From: an uncultured Dechloromonas sp.
GTDB lineage: Bacteria > Pseudomonadota > Gammaproteobacteria > Burkholderiales > Rhodocyclaceae
Length of the DNA stretch: 54,604 bases
Direction: 5' to 3'
Assembly: GCA_964525545.1 (NCBI GenBank)
Contig: CAZGHR010000002.1
Span: 1-54,604 of the forward strand
In this document: positions 31,206 to 39,245 of the stretch, one piece after another
How positions within the stretch are numbered: position 1 is the first letter of the stretch
Layout of the letters: each line of letters opens with the position of its first letter
Translations under genes and position numbers: made by a program
The notes under the pieces: model-generated
Seen by the model: only the letters and a program-made list of their open reading frames with translations
Database searches by the model: none
What the model was told of the DNA's origin: nothing

Positions 31206-32215
31206 TGAAAGGGTTCTTCAAGCTTTTTGTTGCAATATGGTTGGTCACAGCCGGTGCCGCTTACGCTGCCGAGGCGCAACCGCTTGCCCAGAATCCGGTC
31301 GTTGAAAAGCGCCTCAATGCTATTTCAGAAAACCTGCGTTGTCTGGTGTGCCAGAACGAATCGCTGGCGGGTTCGCGGGCTGAACTGGCAGAGGATTTGC
31401 GCCGCGAAGTGCGTCATCTTATCGAGGCAGGCAAGTCAGATAAGGAAATCATTGATTTTCTTGTGAGCCGTTATGGCGACTATGTGCTTTATGACCCGCC
31501 CTTCAAAAGTACCACGCTATTCTTGTGGGTAGGTCCCTTTGTCTTGTTGGCAGGCGGGCTCATTGGCCTGGTCGTTTTCTTGCGACGTCGGAGCCGCCGG
31601 GGTCTGATCGACGAACCAGACTATACGCCGGCAATAATCCCAGCAGATGGCGTGGCCCCTGTGCAAAAGCAGGTAACAGGTCGTTGGCTGCTCTGGTTGC
31701 TTATGGCGCTGATCCCTATTGGCGGTGGATTGGTCTATCTTAAAGTGGGCAACCTTGCCGCGCTGAATCCGGCTAACGTTAAACCTGCCCCTGATCCGAA
31801 TGTTATGGTGGCGCGCCTTCAGGCCAAGATGGATGCCAATCCAGATGATCCAGCGGGGTGGCAGCTACTGGCACGCGCCTATATGGTGATGAATCGTCCG
31901 GATGACGCCGTTAAAGCCTTTGGACATATTCTGCCGCTGATCAAGCAGGAACCACAGCTCATGGCAGATTATGCCGAAGCCTTGGCCGCCACCGGTGATC
32001 TTAAAGGCGCTCAGACCTGGATCAACAATGCGTTGCAAAAAGGCAGCCAGGATCCCAAAGTGCTGTTCCTGGCGGGCGGTCTGGCTTTCGACGAAGGCAA
32101 TTACAAACAGGCCATCAGCTACTGGGAGCGCATTCTCAAATTGGTCGCCCCGGATTCACCTGAAGCCAAGTTCGTTCAGGAGAACATTAGCGAAGCGCGA
32201 GCCCGCATGAAGTAG
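31205..32215 (+). CDS. ccmH: CcmH (LRCxxC domain) fused to a CcmI-like TPR domain
   Basis: Signal peptide, LRCLVCQNES, RYGDYVLYDPP, two TM helices, then TPR-like repeats (GWQLLARAY, AISYWERIL). Confidence 0.9.
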   Translation: MKGFFKLFVAIWLVTAGAAYAAEAQPLAQNPVVEKRLNAISENLRCLVCQNESLAGSRAELAEDLRREVRHLIEAGKSDKEIIDFLVSRYGDYVLYDPPFKSTTLFLWVGPFVLLAGGLIGLVVFLRRRSRRGLIDEPDYTPAIIPADGVAPVQKQVTGRWLLWLLMALIPIGGGLVYLKVGNLAALNPANVKPAPDPNVMVARLQAKMDANPDDPAGWQLLARAYMVMNRPDDAVKAFGHILPLIKQEPQLMADYAEALAATGDLKGAQTWINNALQKGSQDPKVLFLAGGLAFDEGNYKQAISYWERILKLVAPDSPEAKFVQENISEARARMK

Positions 32216-32238
32216 TGGCTACGCGTCAGCAGTAATGC

Positions 32239-32261
32239 AAAGGGAGCCATAGGCTCCCTTT
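32239..32261. terminator. Probable bidirectional terminator between convergent ccmH and ccmE
   Basis: AAAGGGAGCC-ATA-GGCTCCCTTT perfect hairpin. Confidence 0.75.
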
Positions 32262-32286
32262 CTTCATGGTGTTATGCAGCAGTGAA

Positions 32287-32739
32287 TTATTTCAGGGTTT
32301 TAGAAGCCTTTTCTACAGCCGCTTTGTCCAGGGCCTGTTGGGCTTCTGGCGGCATATAGTTCTCATCATGCTTTGCAAGAACCTCTGACGCTTTAAAGCT
32401 TGGTGTTGTGCCCGCATCCTCTAGTTTTCCCTGAGCGACAACGCCTTTGCCCTCACGAAAGAGATCAGGCAGGATGCCTGTATAGGTGACCGGAATGTCG
32501 TGGGCGGTATCCGTAACAACAAAGCGTACATTCACGCCGTCGCGCTGCACACTACCTTCTTTAACCATGCCGCCAATCCGGAAGGCGCGATTCTTGGGTG
32601 CTTCACCAGCAGCAACCTGTGTGGGTGTGAAGAAGAACACCAAGTTTTCTTCAAAAGCGTTAAGAATCAGTGTAGCGGCAACACCAATAACAGCAAGCGC
32701 GCCAATGATCAGAGCAAATCGTTTGTGACGTGGTTTCAT
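32287..32739 (-). CDS. ccmE: Heme chaperone CcmE
   Basis: [35 protein letters not shown] (HxxxY heme motif). Confidence 0.97.
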   Translation of the reverse strand: MKPRHKRFALIIGALAVIGVAATLILNAFEENLVFFFTPTQVAAGEAPKNRAFRIGGMVKEGSVQRDGVNVRFVVTDTAHDIPVTYTGILPDLFREGKGVVAQGKLEDAGTTPSFKASEVLAKHDENYMPPEAQQALDKAAVEKASKTLK

Positions 32740-32749
32740 TTTAAGAGAA

Positions 32750-32914
32750 TCACAACAGGTAGTTATTTCGGATGTCTTTAAGTGCTTGCTTGCGCCGATG
32801 CTTTACCAGTAGGGGTTCAGCAATCATCGTGATGGCGCATACGCCAAAGCTTCCCCAGACGTATAGACCATAGCCGCCCATAGCGAAAAAGTCGCTGATT
32901 GATTGCCACTGCAT
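32750..32914 (-). CDS. ccmD: Heme exporter protein CcmD (54 aa; not in the ORF track)
   Basis: Hand translation: [54 protein letters not shown]. Classic FFAMGGY..YVW motif; TAATG coupling to ccmC; AGGAGG RBS. Confidence 0.93.
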   Translation of the reverse strand: MQWQSISDFFAMGGYGLYVWGSFGVCAITMIAEPLLVKHRRKQALKDIRNNYLL

Positions 32915-33657
32915 TATGCGACCTCCTTCACATCAGACAGGTGTTGTACCCATTCGGTATTGGCTTCACGCTCCAGCATGATGGTGCGTGCACGCATCAA
33001 GGCAACTGCAATCGTGTAGGCCCAGAAGGCCAAGGCCATAATCAGCATCCCCCAGAGCATGGTGCTAGCCATGCTGGGAGATTTGGTCAGGGAAACCGAT
33101 GCCCCTTGATGCAAGGTGTTCCACCACTTCACCGAGAAGTAAATGATCGGTACGTTAACTACACCCACGAGGGAAAGTAGGGCGCCCGCCCGGTCCGCAC
33201 GGCGTGGGTCGTCAATCGCAGCCTGTAGTGCCATGAAGCCGATATAGAGAAAAAACAGAATGAGTTCGGAGGTGAGCCGTGCATCCCATACCCACCAGGC
33301 GCCCCACATAGGTTTACCCCAGAGTGCGCCAGTCCAGAGCGACAGAAAGGCAAACAAAGCCCCTGTCGGCGCTAAGGCGCTGGTCATCATGCCAGATAGG
33401 CGGGTATTAAAAGTCAGGCCAAGCAAAGACCAGAAAGCCATGATGCAGTAGATGAACATCGACATCCAGCTGGCGGGTACATGGATAAAAATGATGCGAT
33501 AGCCTTCACCCTGTTGCGCATCGGTCGGCGCAACAAAAAAGCTGATATACAGGCCGATGGCGCCTAAAACGGCAGCCAGTGCCCAGAAAATCGGAATCAG
33601 TTTGCCTGCCAGCGGGTAGAAGGTGCTGGGGGCGCTGTATTTGAACCAGTTGATCAT
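32914..33657 (-). CDS. ccmC: Heme ABC exporter permease CcmC
   Basis: FIHVPASW, WGKPMWGAWWVWDARLTS (WWD domain), WWNTLHQG. Confidence 0.97.
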   Translation of the reverse strand: MINWFKYSAPSTFYPLAGKLIPIFWALAAVLGAIGLYISFFVAPTDAQQGEGYRIIFIHVPASWMSMFIYCIMAFWSLLGLTFNTRLSGMMTSALAPTGALFAFLSLWTGALWGKPMWGAWWVWDARLTSELILFFLYIGFMALQAAIDDPRRADRAGALLSLVGVVNVPIIYFSVKWWNTLHQGASVSLTKSPSMASTMLWGMLIMALAFWAYTIAVALMRARTIMLEREANTEWVQHLSDVKEVA

Positions 33658-33666
33658 GCTGCTATT

Positions 33667-34341
33667 TTATTCCAATGAGATGCGTAACGCTGCAGTGGTT
33701 GCCCAGGGTGCAAAGGCGGCTGCCAGAATAAGTAGTGCGCCCAGCAGGGAGAAGTGTCCCATAGCACCCAGGCCGGCAATATAGGACTCGACAGCGCCTG
33801 CCCCAAAAATCAGCGTGGGTATGTAAAGCGGCAGTACGAGTAAAGAAACCAGCAAGGCACTACCACGAGCGCCCAGCGTTAGTGCGGCACCAATGGCCCC
33901 CAGCAGTGACAACAACGGTGTACCAATCAATAAAGTCAGCATCAGGATGCCTATGGCATCTGCCGGTAAGTCGAATTGCAGACCAATCACCGGCGCCAGC
34001 AAGACTAGCGGTAAACCGCAGACCAGCCAGTGCGCGGTAATTTTGCCGGCAACGAGAATAGTGAGCGGCTCTGGAGACAGCACCATTTGCTCCAGCGTGC
34101 CGTCTGCATAGTCAGCAGCAAAGAGACGTTGCAATCCGAGAAGCGTAGCAAGCAGTGCGGCAATCCACATGGCACCCGGCGCAATTTTGCGTAGAAGATC
34201 TGGTTCTGGTCCTATCCCGAGGGGCAGTAAGGTCGTCACAATCACGAAGAAGAAGAGCGCAGTGAGCACTTCGGTCTTACGCCGCATCACAAGCAGTAAG
34301 TCCCGATGTAGAGCGGCAAAATAGGCGGAAAGCACGGGCAT
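33667..34341 (-). CDS. ccmB: Heme exporter protein CcmB
   Basis: LPLGIGPE, FAADYADGTLEQ, LLVLPLYIPTLIFG. Confidence 0.95.
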   Translation of the reverse strand: MPVLSAYFAALHRDLLLVMRRKTEVLTALFFFVIVTTLLPLGIGPEPDLLRKIAPGAMWIAALLATLLGLQRLFAADYADGTLEQMVLSPEPLTILVAGKITAHWLVCGLPLVLLAPVIGLQFDLPADAIGILMLTLLIGTPLLSLLGAIGAALTLGARGSALLVSLLVLPLYIPTLIFGAGAVESYIAGLGAMGHFSLLGALLILAAAFAPWATTAALRISLE

Positions 34342-34979
34342 CAGCGGCTCCCCGATAGATTCAGTACAAAGCCGTGGGCATCTGTGCCCAGGTCGGGTGT
34401 CTGGTGGCTGGTAAGCACCAACATGCCACCTTTAGCAAGATGCGCCTTGAGCAGATTCTGCACGTCAGCGATGGCATTAACGTCGAGTGCATTAAACGGC
34501 TCATCCAGAATCCATAGTTTGGCTGGGCGTAACAGGGTTCGGGCAAGTAAGCCACGACGTTTCTGCCCCGCTGACAGTACGCGTGCCGGTAAATGCTGGC
34601 GTTTGGCCAGACCCATGTGGGTAAGGGCTTCACGGATGTCTGCATCATTGATCCGCAGGCCATCCATGCGGCACAGCGCCTGCAGGTTTTCGGTGAGCGT
34701 GAGGTCTTCTTTCAGGCCGGCGTGATGGCCGATGTAAAGTAGATCCTGATGATACTGACTACGTTGTTTGCTGATAGGCGAACCTTGCCATAGCACGTCG
34801 CCATCAGCTGGCAAGGTTAGACCCGCCAGTATGCGTAGTAGGCTGGTCTTGCCGGCGCCATTTTCACCTTGCAGGTAAAGCCATTGCCCGCTATCAAGTT
34901 GCAGGTCTAAGCCTTGAAACAAGGTCTGCTTGCCACGAATGCAAGAGAGATTGCGGGAGACAAGCGCTGGTGTTTGCAT
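34341..34979 (-). CDS. ccmA: Heme ABC exporter ATP-binding protein CcmA
   Basis: GENGAGKT, LSAGQKRR, WILDEPF, TSHQ. ATG at 34979, just after the ZIP stop, is preferred over 35000. Confidence 0.95.
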   Translation of the reverse strand: MQTPALVSRNLSCIRGKQTLFQGLDLQLDSGQWLYLQGENGAGKTSLLRILAGLTLPADGDVLWQGSPISKQRSQYHQDLLYIGHHAGLKEDLTLTENLQALCRMDGLRINDADIREALTHMGLAKRQHLPARVLSAGQKRRGLLARTLLRPAKLWILDEPFNALDVNAIADVQNLLKAHLAKGGMLVLTSHQTPDLGTDAHGFVLNLSGSR

Positions 34980-34980
34980 A

Positions 34981-35913
34981 TTAGCCAAGTACGGTATCAA
35001 GCGTCATCATCAAAGCGAAGCCAGCAACCAGACCGATAGTAGCGAACTTCTGGTGGCCATTGCGATGTGTCTCGGGAATCACTTCATTCGACACAACAAA
35101 AATCATTGCGCCAGCTGCTAGACCAAGGCCAATAGGATAGGCGATCGCCAATCCGCTGGAGAGTGTGATGCCGATGATGGAACCCAAAGGTTCAAGTAGG
35201 CCAGTCAGTGAGGCGATTACTACGGATTTTAAGGGGCTGTATCCAACGCCACGTAGCGCCATCACCACAGCGAGGCCTTCGGGAATATCCTGCATGGCAA
35301 TCGCAGACGTGAGTGGTATGCCCACCTGTAAATCACCTTGGGCAAAGCTCACGCCGATCGCCATTCCTTCGGGTAGATTGTGTAAGGCAATAGCCAGCAC
35401 AAAAAGCCAGATACGACTCACCCGATGAGAATCTGGGCCGAAGGTGCCAGTTTTAGAATGCTCGTGTGGGGTAAATTCATCCATGCCCAGCATCAGCATG
35501 ACACCGAGTGACATGCCTAGAACCACAGTGGCTGCACCGATAAAAGCACTTCCGGTCAGTGCTTCACCGGCTTTAATGCCGGGAAGAATCAGAGAAAACG
35601 AACTTGCGGCAAGCATCATGCCGGCAGCCAACCCAAGCAATGTGTCTTCAATCCGTTGCGGCAGACTTTTTAGAATAAACCCGGGGAACGCGCCTAGCGT
35701 CGTGAGCGCAAATCCAGCAAATCCACCCCAGAGTGCATATCGCACATTTGCATCTGCGCTACCGCTGATTACATCATGCAGTCCACTCAGAAATAGCAAC
35801 ACCACAGCCAGGCATGAAACTGCCAGTCCGCTAGCCGTCAGCGGATGTGCTTCTACATGACGCCATAAAGCGTACTGCCTCATCAAGAAAGAGAGCCGAC
35901 TGGACTGTGCCAT
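34981..35913 (-). CDS. ZIP (GufA/ZupT-like) divalent metal transporter
   Basis: AAGMMLAASSFSL, His-containing loop PHEH, LHNLPEG, QDIPEG, EVIPE. Confidence 0.92.
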   Translation of the reverse strand: MAQSSRLSFLMRQYALWRHVEAHPLTASGLAVSCLAVVLLFLSGLHDVISGSADANVRYALWGGFAGFALTTLGAFPGFILKSLPQRIEDTLLGLAAGMMLAASSFSLILPGIKAGEALTGSAFIGAATVVLGMSLGVMLMLGMDEFTPHEHSKTGTFGPDSHRVSRIWLFVLAIALHNLPEGMAIGVSFAQGDLQVGIPLTSAIAMQDIPEGLAVVMALRGVGYSPLKSVVIASLTGLLEPLGSIIGITLSSGLAIAYPIGLGLAAGAMIFVVSNEVIPETHRNGHQKFATIGLVAGFALMMTLDTVLG

Positions 35914-36036
35914 CAGGCAACCGATTGGGCACGAAAGTTACAAAAACTCATAAGTGATATCGTACCGGAGAGCGTGCATCCCGTCATCTCCGGGTGTTTG
36001 AACATTCGGCGGCGGCGCTTGCGTTAAAATCAATCC

Positions 36037-36654
36037 ATGACACAACTATCACCTCATTTCTGGCAAGAAAAGTTTGAAACTCAACAAACCGGTTGGGATC
36101 GAGGTCAAGCCAGCCCGCAGCTGATGCACTGGCTGGCAGATGGTCTATTAAATGCACAGAAAAGCCCCAGAGTCGCCGTGCCTGGTTGCGGCAAAGGGTG
36201 GGAAGTTGCCGCGCTTAGCGCAGCGGGTTTTGATGTGACAGGGCTGGATTACACACCTGCAGCAGTGGCAGAGGCACAACAGCGATTGCAGGCGGCTGGT
36301 TTGTCGGCAGCAGTGGTTCAGGCCGATGTTTTAACCTACACGCCTGACCAGCCGTTTGATGCTGTCTATGAGCAAACCTGTCTATGCGCGTTAAACCCGG
36401 ACTCCTGGGTTGCTTATAGTCATCAGCTGGCTCGGTGGATCCGACCGGGTGGGCATTTGTATGCGCTCTTCATGCAGGTGGCGCGCCCGGGAAGCCAGGA
36501 AGGCTTAGTTGAAGGGCCGCCGTTCCATTGTGATATCAATGCCATGCATGCGTTGTTTGACCAGCGCCATTGGCGCTGGCCCGTAGGCGCATTAACCCAG
36601 GTGCCACATAAAAATGGGCTCTTTGAACTGGCAGTGATTCTCGAGCGGATTTAG
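36037..36654 (+). CDS. TPMT / thiol-halide family SAM-dependent methyltransferase
   Basis: GWDRG, VAVPGCGKG SAM motif I, GLDY, YEQTCLCAL, GPPF. Confidence 0.85.
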   Translation: MTQLSPHFWQEKFETQQTGWDRGQASPQLMHWLADGLLNAQKSPRVAVPGCGKGWEVAALSAAGFDVTGLDYTPAAVAEAQQRLQAAGLSAAVVQADVLTYTPDQPFDAVYEQTCLCALNPDSWVAYSHQLARWIRPGGHLYALFMQVARPGSQEGLVEGPPFHCDINAMHALFDQRHWRWPVGALTQVPHKNGLFELAVILERI

Positions 36655-36662
36655 ATCAAGCG

Positions 36663-39242
36663 TTAAGCGCTGGCTTCGGCGACGCGTTTCTGGATGTGGG
36701 CGAGCGCTTCTTCCACCTGGTCCACCAGAATCAGACATATATCACCTGGTTCCAGTTTAGAGAGCGCTTGATCAATGGCAAGGAACTCACCTTTGATTTC
36801 ATCGATCTCTTTGACCTGATGGGCCTCGTCCAGGCCTTCGCGGAGTAGCTTGACCACTTCGCCTTCGCTGCGGCCGCGTTGGCAGGCATCTTCGTAAAGC
36901 ACCACGTAGTCAAAAACGTTGCCGAGAATGCGCGTCTGACGACGAATGTCATCATCACGACGGTCACCGGCGCCACTGATAACAACAGAGCGGCGCTTGG
37001 CCGGCATTTCGTGAATGGTGTCAGCTAGCGCACGAATCGCATCCGGGTTGTGGCCGTAGTCGGCAATCAGCGTTGCGCCTTTGTAATCAAATCGGTTGAA
37101 GCGGCCGGGCACCGTATCCGCATCACTCATAAAGGTTGCCAGGCCGGAAACAATCGATTCCCATGGGATATCCAGCGCCCAGGCAGCACCAACGGCAGCC
37201 ATGACGTTTTCTACCTGGAAGCCGATCTGGCCACTATCGGTAAGCGGAATATCTTTCAGCGGCAGTCGGAACATGGCTTTGCCCTGAGCGGCAATGATTT
37301 CGCCATCTTCGCGGTAGATCACGCGATGCCCCTGGGCACGATGCTTAGCCATCACCGGATGCGCTGAGCTCTGGGCGGCAAAGAAAGTCACATTGCCCGT
37401 GCAGTAGCGGGCCATACGCGCCACGAGTGGGTCGGCAGCGTTTAGCACTGCAGTACCTTCGGCCGACACGTTTTGCACGATCACGCGTTTCACCGCGGCC
37501 AACTCGGCGGCGGTATTGATGAAGTTCATACCCAGGTGGTCGCCTTCACCAATGTTGGTGATCACAGCCACGTCGCAGCGATCGAAGCCGAGACCTTCGC
37601 GTAGCACGCCACCACGGGCGGTTTCCAGCACAGCGGCATCAACATCCGGGTGGCCCAGCACGTTGCGGGCACTGCGCGGGCCACTGCAATCGCCGGTGTC
37701 GATCAGTCGACCGTTAGCGTAGACGCCATCCGTCGTGGTCATCCCGATACGTTTGCCGGTCTGTGCGATCAGATGCGCCGTCAGGCGGATGGTGGTGGTT
37801 TTACCGTTGGTACCCGAAACAGCGACCACCGGAATACGGCCGTTCTCACCCGGGCCGAACATCTGGCGGATAATGGCTTCACCCACCGGGCGGCCTTTGC
37901 CGTAAGACGGGCTCAGGTGCATACGCAGGCCGGGGGCTGCATTCACTTCAACGATACCGCCACCTTGTTCCTGCAGCGAACGGTAGACGCTGTCACAGAC
38001 CACATCCACACCACAGATATCCAGACCGACCATGTGGGCCGCGGCGACGGCACTGGCCGCCATGTCTGGGTGCACATCGTCCGTAACATCGGTGGCCGTG
38101 CCGCCGGTGCTGAGATTGGCATTCTTGCGCAGATTGATACGTACCCCACGCGGTGGCACCGACTCCGGTGTCATCTGTTGCTCTTCCAGCGTGGCAAGAC
38201 CAATTGCATCCAGGCGGATCTTGCTCAGCGAGGTGGCGTGACCATCGCCACGCAGCGGGTCGCTGTTGATGACATCGACCAGTTGGCGGATGGTGTGCTG
38301 ACCATCGCCAATCACATAAGGTGGATCACGACGGGCGGCGGCAACGAGTTCGTTCCCCACCACCAACAGACGGAAGTCGTGGCCGGGCAGGAAACGCTCG
38401 ACGATCACTTCATCGCTAATCTTGTAGGCAACTTCAAAGGCCGCTGTGATCTGTTCAGGCGTTTGCAGATTAACGGCAACGCCTTTGCCCTGGTTGCCAT
38501 CACGGGGCTTAACAACCACCGGGCCTTTGATCCATTCGGCGGCGGCTAGCGCATCTTCCAGTTTGGTAACGACGCGACCTTGTGGCACGGGAACGCCTGC
38601 GGAATAGAGCAGGGTTTTGGTGAGGTCTTTATCTTGCGCAATCGATTCGGCGATCGCACTGGTATGGCTGGTTTCGGCCGCTTGAATGCGTTTCTGTTTG
38701 CTGCCCCAGCCCAATTGCACCATGCTGCCTTCGGTCATGCGACGGAAGGGAATGTTCCGGGCAACAGCGGCATTGACGATGGAACCGGTGCTCGGCCCTA
38801 AACGAAGATCTTCGTCCAGTTCGTTTAATTCATGAAGCGCAGCGTTCAGATCAAACATGCGATCTTCACGGGCGGCCTGGCACAAGCGTGTGGCGTGCTC
38901 GAAGGCCAGCTTGCCGACGGCTTCCTCACTGTATTCAACGACCGTAATGTAGGTGCCTTTTTCCGGCGTTTGCACGGTACGGCTAAACGTTACCGGGCAT
39001 CCCGCAGCCGCTTGCAGCCCGAGGGCAACCACTTCCAGGGCGTGTGCCAGTGTCAGTGGCTCGTTATGACCACCGGCAATGAGCGGGCCCATTTGCGGAA
39101 AGCGGGAACGTAAGCGGGTCTCGAAGCCGGCCAGATTGGTGATCTGGCATTCATCTTCAGTACAGTTGATCAGCGCCTCGATCATGGTGTGACGACCCCA
39201 GAGGTTGGGGCCGCGGAGTGCGCGCAGACGGACGATTTCCAT
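36663..39242 (-). CDS. cphA: Cyanophycin synthetase (full length; ATP-grasp and Mur-ligase domains intact)
   Basis: LRGPNLW, LGPSTGSIV, QLGWG, VVKPRDGNQGKGV, NLSTGG, EVNAAPGLRMH, SGTNGKTT, ETARGG, DHLG, DYGHNP, GDRRD. Confidence 0.95.
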   Translation of the reverse strand: MEIVRLRALRGPNLWGRHTMIEALINCTEDECQITNLAGFETRLRSRFPQMGPLIAGGHNEPLTLAHALEVVALGLQAAAGCPVTFSRTVQTPEKGTYITVVEYSEEAVGKLAFEHATRLCQAAREDRMFDLNAALHELNELDEDLRLGPSTGSIVNAAVARNIPFRRMTEGSMVQLGWGSKQKRIQAAETSHTSAIAESIAQDKDLTKTLLYSAGVPVPQGRVVTKLEDALAAAEWIKGPVVVKPRDGNQGKGVAVNLQTPEQITAAFEVAYKISDEVIVERFLPGHDFRLLVVGNELVAAARRDPPYVIGDGQHTIRQLVDVINSDPLRGDGHATSLSKIRLDAIGLATLEEQQMTPESVPPRGVRINLRKNANLSTGGTATDVTDDVHPDMAASAVAAAHMVGLDICGVDVVCDSVYRSLQEQGGGIVEVNAAPGLRMHLSPSYGKGRPVGEAIIRQMFGPGENGRIPVVAVSGTNGKTTTIRLTAHLIAQTGKRIGMTTTDGVYANGRLIDTGDCSGPRSARNVLGHPDVDAAVLETARGGVLREGLGFDRCDVAVITNIGEGDHLGMNFINTAAELAAVKRVIVQNVSAEGTAVLNAADPLVARMARYCTGNVTFFAAQSSAHPVMAKHRAQGHRVIYREDGEIIAAQGKAMFRLPLKDIPLTDSGQIGFQVENVMAAVGAAWALDIPWESIVSGLATFMSDADTVPGRFNRFDYKGATLIADYGHNPDAIRALADTIHEMPAKRRSVVISGAGDRRDDDIRRQTRILGNVFDYVVLYEDACQRGRSEGEVVKLLREGLDEAHQVKEIDEIKGEFLAIDQALSKLEPGDICLILVDQVEEALAHIQKRVAEASA

Positions 39243-39245
39243 GGT

